Positions 1-9,463 of a DNA stretch of 32,000 bases are shown piece by piece. The notes under the pieces were generated by a model. It ran no database searches, was not told the origin of the DNA, and worked only from the letters and a program-made list of their open reading frames with translations. This DNA comes from Candidatus Borrarchaeum yapensis. Lineage in GTDB: Archaea > Asgardarchaeota > Sifarchaeia > Borrarchaeales > Borrarchaeaceae. The stretch is from positions 50,447-82,446 of the forward strand of contig JAEOSF010000001.1 in assembly GCA_016840515.1 (NCBI GenBank). The letters run 5' to 3'. The translations under genes and the position numbers were made by a program. The first letter of the stretch is position 1. Every line of letters begins with the position of its first letter.

Positions 1-96
1 CTTGATAACCTTAAGGCTGGTCTTTCCGCCAACGAAAAGATTGATGATTATCAAAAACGTGGAATTTTATCAATCATTCCGCAGTTTCATAAATAA
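1..96 (+). CDS. 3' end of a truncated upstream CDS (…LDNLKAGLSANEKIDDYQKRGILSIIPQFHK*), family not assigned
   Basis: Open frame 1 from the window edge to TAA at 94-96. Too short to assign. Confidence 0.6.
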   Translation, partial: LDNLKAGLSANEKIDDYQKRGILSIIPQFHK

Positions 97-149
97 TTGT
101 AAGGTTAAGAGATTTTATTTAGACCTATCTAAATAACCTAAAAATAATA

Positions 150-596
150 TTGGCGATGTTCTTGCCCCTATTCGAAGAGGTCGTATTAACGAAGAATTTG
201 CACAGGAAAATGCTAGAAGTAGCAAGAAAAAGTTATCCGCTGGAAGGATGCGGAGTTCTATTTGGACATATCGATAATAACAAAGCGATAATTCGGGACG
301 TTATTGAAACCGAAAATAGTGCTGAAAATCCTACTGTGAGATTTTACATCGATCCTGAGTTGTTTTATACCATTCTTATATCTGCCGAAGAGTCAGGACT
401 TGAATTCTTAGGAATCTTTCATTCACATCCAGCACAGCCGAATCCATCACCATGGGATCTTGAATACATGCAGTTACATCAAAATGTGTGGATAATAATT
501 CAATCTCTCAACCGAGAAGAGAAGAAAATGAAAATGAAGGTTTTTCAATGGTATGACGAACAACTTTTTGATGTCAAATTGAAAATAACCTGCTAA
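150..596 (+). CDS. JAB/MPN (Mov34, JAMM) metalloprotease-like protein
   Basis: YPLEGCGVLFG followed by FHSHPAQPNPSPWD, a JAMM-like HxH...S..D motif; 148 aa. Confidence 0.85.
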   Translation: MAMFLPLFEEVVLTKNLHRKMLEVARKSYPLEGCGVLFGHIDNNKAIIRDVIETENSAENPTVRFYIDPELFYTILISAEESGLEFLGIFHSHPAQPNPSPWDLEYMQLHQNVWIIIQSLNREEKKMKMKVFQWYDEQLFDVKLKITC

Positions 597-642
597 GTTT
601 CGATAACGAAAAATGTCGTTATACTCATTTTAATAATTATAA

Positions 643-723
643 ATGAGTTCAGGCTTCAGCACTTACAATTTATATAGAACGTGTGACACATGTGGATGGG
701 CTAAAAATTGGAAGGACAGATGA
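643..723 (+). CDS. Possible 26-aa micro-protein with a CxxC motif (MSSGFSTYNLYRTCDTCGWAKNWKDR)
   Basis: ATG at 643 and TGA at 721-723, 3 nt before the ATG of the next Zn-ribbon gene; contains CDTC. Below the ORF track threshold. Confidence 0.35.
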   Translation: MSSGFSTYNLYRTCDTCGWAKNWKDR

Positions 724-726
724 ACG

Positions 727-936
727 ATGAGTACAAAACGCATTAAAAAACCAGAAGGGCTCTTAAAACATACACATTGTAAAAACTGTGGTGTTTCTGT
801 CCCGTTTGGGCGAGAATATTGCTCACCAGAGTGTGAAATAGACTATAACAAGTTTAAAAGGCGTCAGCAGTATCAACTGATCGCAATTATTGGTGCATTA
901 GTAGTCGTAGTTGTGTTTGTGTTTCTCATGCGGTAA
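727..936 (+). CDS. Small Zn-ribbon plus one transmembrane helix protein (DUF2116-like)
   Basis: HCKNCG...GREYCSPEC zinc ribbon followed by a hydrophobic C-terminal helix IIGALVVVVVFVFLM. Confidence 0.75.
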   Translation: MSTKRIKKPEGLLKHTHCKNCGVSVPFGREYCSPECEIDYNKFKRRQQYQLIAIIGALVVVVVFVFLMR

Positions 937-1122
937 AGCTGTTGATATTCCGTGAGGTTCTAGTAAACACGTTATTACTGTAAGCACACTTTAATATCTG
1001 AAAATTTAATAATAAACGGGTTCCTACTTAATGGTTTATAATATATTAGGAACGCTTACATTCTCATCTTCAATACACCAATATCAAATTTCATTAAAGA
1101 GATTGCTATAAGGTGGATAGAA

Positions 1123-2226
1123 ATGCCTACTAATGAAAAAATCGTACTCTATGAGGAACCAGGTGGTATTTATCGAGTAGAAGTTAAGTTACCTTTGACT
1201 TCAAAGGTGAAACCGGAAGAATTTCCTATTCTAAGAGATGAATTAGGTATACCTTCCTATGTAGATTTAGATTATTTACCAATAAAAGCCTCATTAGTTA
1301 TGCTAAAAGCGGCAAGAAATGCCCATCAACTTCATAAAGAGTTTCCTGACATAATAGAAAAAAGAATATCAAAAACACCCCTGAATATCCTTATTTTTGG
1401 CGGAGGCGCATTTAAACTCCATTGCCCAAGTTGTAATGCTGGCGGGGTGTTTGAAAGAGTTCTGCACGACATCGATATTGTTGTACCCAGAAAACAGGGA
1501 GGCGCGATAAGAAAACTCCTTCTTGTGCTCGGCGATCTTTATGGGACGATGTTTCTGCACTTTATAAGTACGAGTGATAAAATCTTTACCATGCAGAGGC
1601 GAGGAAAACGTCATCGTGTACGTTCGATCAAAACAATAAGTAATGACAATGGCCGTCCGACAGTGGAAGTTATGGATATCCTAACTAATGAAATTGATAT
1701 GAGACACACGATTAATGTCGAGGATGAATTCAAACAAGATCCGAAAGAACTACTATATACTATTGGTCTAGAAAAAATGATCGCAACGAAATGCCAATTT
1801 ATCATGGACATGGACAAGGACGTCATCCCGCAATTAGAAGAAGCAGGAGTGTTATATAGACAACTTCACTACGATTATTATAATAAAGATAAAATCATAA
1901 TTGGAATGGAAAAGAAAGATATAAAAGATGTTAGTGCAGCCTTCCTTGATCATCCTCTTGGTGAAGGGAAAAACGCAATTGATGTAGAAAAGTTGAAAAA
2001 TATCCTCTCAGATAAAAAAATCCTTAAAACTGTTCGCTTAAACCTTGCGAATATCTTACATAACAAAGATTTTATTGAATCTACCGGAGCATCATCCAGT
2101 CAAATATCCGATATTACGACCAAAATTGAAGACTTATTAGAACAGTTGCCTACGTCTGACAAGAAATGGAGTAAACCCTGGTGGAATCTTGACGTGGAAA
2201 CACCAGAAATTTTTGAAGGCAACTAA
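1123..2226 (+). CDS. Hypothetical protein, possible nucleotidyltransferase-like domain
   Basis: 367-aa ORF; GGGAFKLHCPSCNAGG... HDIDIVVPRKQGG resembles an acidic hDiDlvv motif. Family not certain. Confidence 0.6.
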   Translation: MPTNEKIVLYEEPGGIYRVEVKLPLTSKVKPEEFPILRDELGIPSYVDLDYLPIKASLVMLKAARNAHQLHKEFPDIIEKRISKTPLNILIFGGGAFKLHCPSCNAGGVFERVLHDIDIVVPRKQGGAIRKLLLVLGDLYGTMFLHFISTSDKIFTMQRRGKRHRVRSIKTISNDNGRPTVEVMDILTNEIDMRHTINVEDEFKQDPKELLYTIGLEKMIATKCQFIMDMDKDVIPQLEEAGVLYRQLHYDYYNKDKIIIGMEKKDIKDVSAAFLDHPLGEGKNAIDVEKLKNILSDKKILKTVRLNLANILHNKDFIESTGASSSQISDITTKIEDLLEQLPTSDKKWSKPWWNLDVETPEIFEGN

Positions 2227-2264
2227 AAAATCATTCCGGCTTATTTAATGAGGCAATCAATCTG

Positions 2265-2966
2265 TTAATCAAACTCAAAGTCTCTTTTCGTTGTCAGCGT
2301 CTTGAAATCCTTGAGTTTTATCATTTTGAGGATTTGTTTGCTTAACCATGTATCTGCCCGCACTACGATTTTGCGCTTTGGGTCGGTAAGTACCAACCCG
2401 ATTTCCCGTGTTTTAAGGTCCAAAGTAACGTCTTTTGCCGGACGCTCAAATCCGCGTCCATTTACAATAACGAACGCAAATTTCAACTTTTTCTCCAGCA
2501 TATATCTTTCTGCAGATTTGACAACATCGACTATATTTGACTTTGTCACCCAGTCTTCAAAATCGAAAATCATGGTAACTACGTCCCACTGTGGTGTCAT
2601 TACAGCCGCTATGCGCGCGAGGAATACACCATCAGCCTTCCCAGTATTACCTGTAAGAATATACCTAGCCTTAGCTTTATATAGAGACACGTCTTCCTCT
2701 ATATCATACCAGATTGCGATGCCTTTATTTTTCTTAACTCTTGTTCTCAAATAATCAACGAAATCCTCTTCGGCGAGCGTTTCAATTGTGCCTCTTTGAG
2801 TCTTCATTGTATAGATAAGCGATCCAATACCTATAAAAATCATAGAAATCCCGATAAAGGGATAAGCAAGAACTATAAACACGCCTATTACAAGTAAAAC
2901 AGCAGCTACCCCTCCTAAACTTCTGGCGGAAATTATTTTATCTTTTTCATATGGCTTTTTACTCAA
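2265..2966 (-). CDS. Membrane-anchored hypothetical protein with possible restriction-endonuclease-like (Mrr/NERD-type) soluble domain
   Basis: Two N-terminal hydrophobic helices, then an alpha/beta domain (KADGVFLARIAAVMTPQWDVVTMIFDFEDW). Confidence 0.5.
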   Translation of the reverse strand: MSKKPYEKDKIISARSLGGVAAVLLVIGVFIVLAYPFIGISMIFIGIGSLIYTMKTQRGTIETLAEEDFVDYLRTRVKKNKGIAIWYDIEEDVSLYKAKARYILTGNTGKADGVFLARIAAVMTPQWDVVTMIFDFEDWVTKSNIVDVVKSAERYMLEKKLKFAFVIVNGRGFERPAKDVTLDLKTREIGLVLTDPKRKIVVRADTWLSKQILKMIKLKDFKTLTTKRDFEFD

Positions 2967-3285
2967 ATTAAATCCTCACAAGCTGCCTTTGGTACCAATG
3001 TTTTTCAATAACCATCCTTGTTGAACAACTAACCTTACAATCAGTTATCAAGATGTGAAATAATGTATATAGTCCAACACTTTATAATAATTATTAATTC
3101 CTGTTATTAGAAAGACCTGCTCTAAGGTTTGTGTAATTAGAAAGAGGGAATATTTCAGTTTTTCGAAAATAGTTGCATCCGCATTTAGATCTTGCAGGCA
3201 TTGACAATCAATCGCATTTCAAGTTTTCAGATTGATAGAATTTATAACTAATTTAGCAAGAGGCATCTCTACACTTTAAAGTAGT

Positions 3286-4248
3286 TTAGCCTCTTGTACC
3301 CCAAAACTTTTCAATGCCATCTTCTGTTAAATCGATGATGTATCCCCTTAAGATACCTTCACCATATTCAGAACCTGGATTTACAAGTTGCGTTTTGCCA
3401 AGCTTTACAGCTCCTGCAGATTCGTGGATATGGCCATGAATGCCAAGTAAAGGTTCATTTTCAAGAATTGCTTCGCGTACGGCTTTACTACCTACTGGTT
3501 GTGTAAGTTGGTGACCAGCAACTTGAATTGTCTTTAGATCTTTGGTCAGTTTTGGGGCTTCATCAAGCCGGGTACCATATGGTGGTGAGTGAAAATTACA
3601 AATTAATTTTCTATAATCGCCTGGTTCGACCATGTCGAATAATTTATCGATTTTTTTTCGTAATTCTTTTTCGGAACATTCTCTAGGAGAGTTCCAAGGT
3701 GTTGGATTCACCCACTCTAAACTTATCATTGGATGATTGTCAGTATCATCGAGATAAACCACCTCTTCTAAAGGATAAATGACCCGTTCAGCCTTTCGGA
3801 TGACATCATCTATTAAAAGACTATCATCGTTACCTGGGTTCACAATAACTTTTACATGTTCTGGAACCTTTTCTTCGATCAGATCCATCCAACGTTCAAG
3901 TTCTGATACGATTACCTCATCAAATAACTTATCTAATGCTTTTTTATCATTTTCAAGCTCTTCCACACCAGCTGGTGTAGTTCGAAAGGGATATGAGCCA
4001 CAATAGCGGATGATTCTCTCTACTTCTTTAATTTCCTCTTCGGTTTTCATGTGATAATCCTTATTAAACGATGCCTTCCATGATCCATCGTTTTGTTCAA
4101 CAATTGGGACGATTACCTTACCCGTAGTATCCCCACCAAGTAGAGCTACGTCAATCTCTTTATAGAATGTTGTAACATTGAGAAATTTGCGCCAACATTG
4201 TTCTGATCCGTGTACATCCGTAGTAAAGAAAACTCTGGTTCTTTTCAT
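3286..4248 (-). CDS. Calcineurin-like metallophosphoesterase
   Basis: FFTTDVHGSEQ, LLGGDTTG, NPGNDDS, HGHIHES motifs. The preferred start is the internal ATG at 4248 (MKRTRVFFTTDVHG) preceded by GGAGGTAGTAAC, not 4314. Confidence 0.85.
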   Translation of the reverse strand: MKRTRVFFTTDVHGSEQCWRKFLNVTTFYKEIDVALLGGDTTGKVIVPIVEQNDGSWKASFNKDYHMKTEEEIKEVERIIRYCGSYPFRTTPAGVEELENDKKALDKLFDEVIVSELERWMDLIEEKVPEHVKVIVNPGNDDSLLIDDVIRKAERVIYPLEEVVYLDDTDNHPMISLEWVNPTPWNSPRECSEKELRKKIDKLFDMVEPGDYRKLICNFHSPPYGTRLDEAPKLTKDLKTIQVAGHQLTQPVGSKAVREAILENEPLLGIHGHIHESAGAVKLGKTQLVNPGSEYGEGILRGYIIDLTEDGIEKFWGTRG

Positions 4249-4459
4249 GTTACTACCTCCATATAGGTCTATTCTTATGTTCACTGTGTCAGTTTTCTTG
4301 AGTACTTGCTGCACTTTTTAGAATTCATCCTCTAATAATCTTGTTTTTTTAAAATGTTTTTCGATGAGTTCAATGAGTAAAAAATAGAGTATTTATTGAT
4401 TTATTTTAGTAATATTAGAATAAAAAAAAAGAAGAAAGAAAGATTTAGTTGGGCTATCG

Positions 4460-6100
4460 CTATTCGGGCGGAATCTCCGCGTATATCGTATCGACATCTA
4501 TACCCAGTTCTCTGTTTTTGGTTTGCATCCAGAGCCATACTATGACCGAGAGCGTGAACCACACCATTATAACAGGTACACCACCAGGTACGGTTGCCGC
4601 GCCGCTTACTACGAGGACATAGGTATTAGATATAAATCCGATGAACCCTAAGGCCGCTAACAGCGGTAATGGTCCTATTTTGAACGCTGCACCCTTCTCG
4701 AATAGGTCTTTTCGCAGGAACGGTAACATCATGGCTGTTAGACATCCTGTCCACATCATGACGACGTCCATGAACGTCTGCGTTGCGACCACTGCGAACC
4801 ACGTACCGAGAATAGGTGTAACACCCATGTCTTCACCCGTAGTTTGGAAGACTCCTAGTATACCTAAGAAGGCCGTTAAATTGATTGCCCATACAGGTGA
4901 GTGCCAACGATCGCTTACCTCCGCAAATCTTAGCGGAAATGCTCTGTCAAACGCCCAAGCAAACAGTGTTCTGCTGCTTGTGATCAGAAATGGCGGAATA
5001 TCGTTGGCCAGCCAAATAGCGCCTGTAATTGCTATGTACACAGCTAGAGCAGGATTTCCATGCACTAAAATCGCCGCAAATGTTGGTAATACTGCAACTA
5101 CACTAGGAGAATTCCCGTTTATTATGATGCCATTGGCATCACAGTACGCATAGGCTTTCACGAAGTTTCCGACTGATCCGTACATTAGTTGTGAAATCGT
5201 GACATAATATACTGCGATCAGGATTGTACCTAAGCCTAGGCCAATGAGCATGTTCCTCTTTGGTGTCTTTACTTCACCACCAATGAAGGCGGTAGCAGTA
5301 TAACCGATGTAAGCCCATATTGCACCAACCGCCATGAATGTAAGCGTAGCTCCCCATGAGAACGGAGCGGTCCATCCTGGTGCTCCGGCGGCCATTACCT
5401 GGTCATAGCTAGCATAGTAGAACTGAGTGGCGGGATTTCCAAACGGGCTGGAGTTCCAAGCCGCTGCCATTGCGGCCTCTCCGCCTCCGGCTGCTGCAGC
5501 TGCATATACACCCATCGTGATGAAGCTTCCAATGACAGCAATGATGAACATGGCATTGAGCACTTTGCCGTAAATGTCAACACCTAATATCGCCAGAGCC
5601 CAGAATATGACTAATATAACAAGACCGACAACGATCCATGCGACAGGATTATTAGCCAAAACGGATCCTGCGTTATAGGTACCAACATTGTTTGTGGATG
5701 CGCCCGCTAACTGTAGACATAATCCCCAGAACCAGACGTCCCAAACCGCTAATGAGCCGTAAGCTGTAGCTGTACCAAACCACCAAGCCCATGAGGCGAC
5801 AAAGCCTGCGTATGGACCCAGAACTCTGGATACCCATACGTAAGGACCACCAGAACGTGGCATAGAAGTCGCCATAAGTGCAAATGCCCATGCAGTACAA
5901 ATCGCTGGAATAGCTCCGATCGCAAAGCCTAGTGGAATATTAGCCCCCCATCCAGCTCCTGGGAAGTCTCTAACTGAGTGCAAATTGATACCACCACCGA
6001 TAACGTAGCACATAACAGTTGTCATAGCTGTAAACCAACCAATCTCTCGTACAAGACCTGTTGCATCACGCGCGAATGTTTTTGACATCGTTTTCCCCAA
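4460..6100 (-). CDS. APC-superfamily amino acid permease
   Basis: 546 aa, about 12-14 hydrophobic segments; N-terminal VMCYVIGGGINLHSVRDFPGAGWGANIPLGF and PRSGGPYVWVSRVLGPYAGFVASW typical of APC transporters. Confidence 0.85.
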   Translation of the reverse strand: MGKTMSKTFARDATGLVREIGWFTAMTTVMCYVIGGGINLHSVRDFPGAGWGANIPLGFAIGAIPAICTAWAFALMATSMPRSGGPYVWVSRVLGPYAGFVASWAWWFGTATAYGSLAVWDVWFWGLCLQLAGASTNNVGTYNAGSVLANNPVAWIVVGLVILVIFWALAILGVDIYGKVLNAMFIIAVIGSFITMGVYAAAAAGGGEAAMAAAWNSSPFGNPATQFYYASYDQVMAAGAPGWTAPFSWGATLTFMAVGAIWAYIGYTATAFIGGEVKTPKRNMLIGLGLGTILIAVYYVTISQLMYGSVGNFVKAYAYCDANGIIINGNSPSVVAVLPTFAAILVHGNPALAVYIAITGAIWLANDIPPFLITSSRTLFAWAFDRAFPLRFAEVSDRWHSPVWAINLTAFLGILGVFQTTGEDMGVTPILGTWFAVVATQTFMDVVMMWTGCLTAMMLPFLRKDLFEKGAAFKIGPLPLLAALGFIGFISNTYVLVVSGAATVPGGVPVIMVWFTLSVIVWLWMQTKNRELGIDVDTIYAEIPPE

Positions 6101-6606
6101 ATTTTAAATTTTTTATTTTTATTTTAAATTTGTAAAACAATGTGTATATTTTAGGAAATTGGCAAATATCTGATCGTTTCTTATATAAATAGTTAATGGC
6201 AAGCGAGTTTACATAACAAACAAAATGTATAGAATAAACAACCCCTGAGAAGACATATGTCCACTACAGAATGATAAAGAACTTTCATAAATGACAATAA
6301 ATGACAAAAACAAATAACGTCGGTTACACTGTTAAACATAATAAAGTAGAAGAAAATAACCAACAATGTAAATCGTCAAATTCCTAATTAGAATCAAGCA
6401 ATAATGGGGGACTTGAGTTACAAAAAACTCAGGAAGAATGGGAATTCATTAATTTTTGCAGTTTAGCTTGATGTAATAAAGACAAATATCCTCTAAAAAA
6501 GAAATAAGCAAAAGAGTCTGCTTTAACATATTGGTGATATGGTTTTCCACAATAGATAAAAAGAGGCATCACGGTAGATAACACAACTAGCTGAAGGGAT
6601 ATTACT

Positions 6607-7329
6607 ATGAAGATAATAATAACGGGTGCGTTTAGTTCAGGTAAATCGACCCTTGTACAATCACTTGGCAAAGAATCAGCTATTTCGCTAGATAAGTCAG
6701 GAACCACAGTTGCTCTTGACCATGGGACAGTAGACGTTTTAGGCATTCCAGCGTTTCTTTTTGGAACTCCCGGACTCGTCAGGTTCTCAATTCTGCGCCA
6801 AATCTTATCTGAGGGAGCTGACGGCATGATTTTCATGGTAGATTCTGCAAATCCTAATATCGAAAATTTCAATGAGATATGGCAAGAGATGCAAGAGATA
6901 CAGATCGTTGCATCAGTTCCCTGCGTGATAGCAGCTAACAAACAAGATTTACCTGATGCAAAGAGCGTAGAAGAAATAAGAGAGCTTCTAGGACTTAGTG
7001 GATATCCAATCATACCTATTTCAGCTAAGACAGGCAATGGCATGATGAGACCGCTTCTCATACTTTTATTAATTAACATTCTACGTGCAAGTTCGTTACT
7101 GCGTATAATCGATCGTATTGGTAACGAAAACAATGCTTTAGAGCAAATTGCAGACATGATCGAGTTAGGTAGATATAAAACAAAACTTAGATTATACTGG
7201 CTTGAATGGCGCGGCTTAATTGAAGCTGATTGGAATTCCCAGCGATTTAAGGTTGTTCCAGCAGTTAAAAAAGTTTTTGAAATACTTCCTAGACTGATCC
7301 GCTCATATGAAGAGATTATATTAATGTGA
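6607..7329 (+). CDS. Small GTP-binding protein (Arf/SRPRB/MglA-like, COG2229-type) with C-terminal extension
   Basis: G1 GAFSSGKST, G3-like GTPGLVRF, G4 NKQD, G5 SAK, then about 80 aa of helix-rich C-terminus. Confidence 0.85.
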   Translation: MKIIITGAFSSGKSTLVQSLGKESAISLDKSGTTVALDHGTVDVLGIPAFLFGTPGLVRFSILRQILSEGADGMIFMVDSANPNIENFNEIWQEMQEIQIVASVPCVIAANKQDLPDAKSVEEIRELLGLSGYPIIPISAKTGNGMMRPLLILLLINILRASSLLRIIDRIGNENNALEQIADMIELGRYKTKLRLYWLEWRGLIEADWNSQRFKVVPAVKKVFEILPRLIRSYEEIILM

Positions 7330-7495
7330 TACCATTTTCCTTTCCTCCTTCTTTACTGAACAGACTTCTTTTTTGAAAAGAACTCGCACCGATTAAGTTA
7401 AAAGAGACGATATTATCTAATTGATCTTAATCAATAGGACGACATTAGAGTAGTAAAAGAGAATTTACGCTTGATTTCTTCCGGAGAAGACATTA

Positions 7496-8197
7496 ATGAA
7501 GGTAGCAGTTGTAGTTCCTGCGCATAACGAAGAAGAAAACATAGAAAAACTTGTAAACGATATAGATAATGTATTGCGTCAATTAAAGATTCAAAATCAA
7601 ATAGTAATCGTTGATGATAATAGTAACGATAATACGGCTACTATTCTTAAAGAATTATCAAAAAAGATGACAAATCTAACACCTGTTTATCGTTATGACG
7701 GAGTTTGTGGCGTAGGTTTAACATTGCGAGAGGGAATCAAGGCTGCGAAAAACAACGATGTTATTGTTACGATGGATGGGGACTTCTCGCACGATCCTAA
7801 AGAAATCCCTAAGCTCATTCAAGGCATTAAGAACGGAGCAGACTTGGTTATCGGATCTCGTTATATGAAGGGAGGGAGGGCAGACATGCCTCGATCCCGG
7901 ATTATCATAAGTGGCTTATATAATGTATTAAGCAAGCTCTTCTTGAGGACTTTTGTAAATGATTTAACGACGGGATTTCGGGCTATGAAACAGAAGGCAA
8001 TAGAAAAAGTAGAACTTAAATCTGAAGGATTTGAAATACATCCAGAAATTCATTTAAAAATTTACAAAGAGGGTTTTAAGGTTATAGAAGTTCCAATTCA
8101 TTATCATAGAAGAGGAGGAGGTACTTCTAAGTTACGATACTTTAAAGTTGGCCCAGGCTATCTTCGAGTAGTATTTAGGCAATTATTAGGCAAATAA
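7496..8197 (+). CDS. Glycosyltransferase family 2, dolichyl-phosphate mannose synthase (DPM1)-like
   Basis: VVVPAHNEEENIEKLV, IVDDNSNDNT, TMDGDFSHDP, GSRYMKGG motifs. Confidence 0.88.
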   Translation: MKVAVVVPAHNEEENIEKLVNDIDNVLRQLKIQNQIVIVDDNSNDNTATILKELSKKMTNLTPVYRYDGVCGVGLTLREGIKAAKNNDVIVTMDGDFSHDPKEIPKLIQGIKNGADLVIGSRYMKGGRADMPRSRIIISGLYNVLSKLFLRTFVNDLTTGFRAMKQKAIEKVELKSEGFEIHPEIHLKIYKEGFKVIEVPIHYHRRGGGTSKLRYFKVGPGYLRVVFRQLLGK

Positions 8198-8227
8198 TTT
8201 CTGAGGATTTCTAATGATTGACGTCCT

Positions 8228-8247
8228 CTCTGCCCTGAAGGGCGGAG
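8228..8247 (-). repeat. Right-end hairpin of the IS605 element, probable 3' part of an omegaRNA
   Basis: CTCTGCCC-TGAA-GGGCGGAG inverted repeat 18 nt beyond the tnpB stop region. Confidence 0.7.
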
Positions 8248-8264
8248 ATTCCTATGAGGTTATT

Positions 8265-9458
8265 TTATCCGCGGATGCGAACCACCTCAGGGTGCGCCAT
8301 CACCCAGTTATCCCTCTCCACCATGCGTGGACCTGGGAATATCGGATTTGAAAGATTAGCCACTCCATTGACATCAGCATTGAGAACTTTATTAGCTGTT
8401 TTGCATACATATAAACCACGGTGTTTTCGACCATTTCTATGTCTTTTACCGCAAAGACTACAGGTTTGAGAGGTCCAACTTTCGTCTATCGTTTTGACAA
8501 TCATCCCAAAATTCTCGGCTGTTATGTTTAACCGATCGACAATATAGCGAAAACTCCAGAAGTTATGGATCATTGCGTTGGTTTTTTTCCCCTTATCATT
8601 ATCCACTCGGATATGGGTTAAATCACCTACCGATATTTCAGAAACACCCTTCTCATAACAGTCCTTGACGAATCGATAGATCATAGTGTTGATGCCCTGT
8701 CGAAATCTCCGTTTCCTTGTCCGATATAACTTGTTTAGTTTTTTTGTGGGCCTAGGTTTCCCTCCTAATTTCCTTTGATAGTTAGCTATTTGTTTGTTCC
8801 AATACCACCAGTCACTCAACAACGACTTCCCAGAATAGAGTTTCGCACGAGTATCACCTTCAGTATAAGTGGTGAGGACATTGATCACTCCCAGATCGAT
8901 GTACGCCTTCTTGTTTCCTAATGGTTGATGTAGAGGTGTGCACTCTACTGGTTGATAGGCATACCATCCTTTCGAGAGCATATCAAAGTGAATTTCAAGA
9001 CGTCCTTGTTTTCCATGCCAGTTTAAGTTTCCATGGTAGGTAATCGCTAATTTATTGGGCAACAAAAGCCGTCTGGCTTCAAATTTATAACAATCTGTAC
9101 GTATGAGTGACCTTAAAATTCGCTTGCCTGTTTTTCGATCTTTCCAGTAGCCAGGAGGTCTAATGACCTTGATATGAGGAGACAACTTCCCCTGCTTCTT
9201 TTTTCTTAAAAGTGCAAAAAAGGATTTCCAAGCCTCATTATTCTTGCGGATGATCTGTTGCGTTGTTGCAGAACCGATCTGAGGTGAAAAGTCCTGATAT
9301 TCTTCAGTGGTATCCCAGTCTAGAGTTCCATCGAAGAAGGATTGTCGCCGCTTAAAGGTTATTTTATTCCATAAGACAGAAGATAACGTGCATAAGGCAA
9401 ATAGTTTTGCCTCTTGATCCTCATCAGGAACTAATTTAAGGATATTAGTTCTTCTCAA
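8265..9458 (-). CDS. tnpB: TnpB (OrfB) RNA-guided nuclease-like protein
   Basis: IDLGVINVL (D188), TSQTCSLCG zinc finger, NADVNGVANL (D362). Start codon is TTG. Confidence 0.88.
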   Translation of the reverse strand: MRRTNILKLVPDEDQEAKLFALCTLSSVLWNKITFKRRQSFFDGTLDWDTTEEYQDFSPQIGSATTQQIIRKNNEAWKSFFALLRKKKQGKLSPHIKVIRPPGYWKDRKTGKRILRSLIRTDCYKFEARRLLLPNKLAITYHGNLNWHGKQGRLEIHFDMLSKGWYAYQPVECTPLHQPLGNKKAYIDLGVINVLTTYTEGDTRAKLYSGKSLLSDWWYWNKQIANYQRKLGGKPRPTKKLNKLYRTRKRRFRQGINTMIYRFVKDCYEKGVSEISVGDLTHIRVDNDKGKKTNAMIHNFWSFRYIVDRLNITAENFGMIVKTIDESWTSQTCSLCGKRHRNGRKHRGLYVCKTANKVLNADVNGVANLSNPIFPGPRMVERDNWVMAHPEVVRIRG

Positions 9459-9463
9459 GCCGT

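Noticed and set aside
1369-2754. Short ORFs antisense to the 367-aa and 233-aa proteins
   Set aside because: Shadow ORFs on the opposite strand of better-supported coding regions.
6429-7157. 242-aa minus-strand ORF
   Set aside because: Antisense to the clearly conserved GTPase; translation is Ser/Ile-rich without domain signatures.
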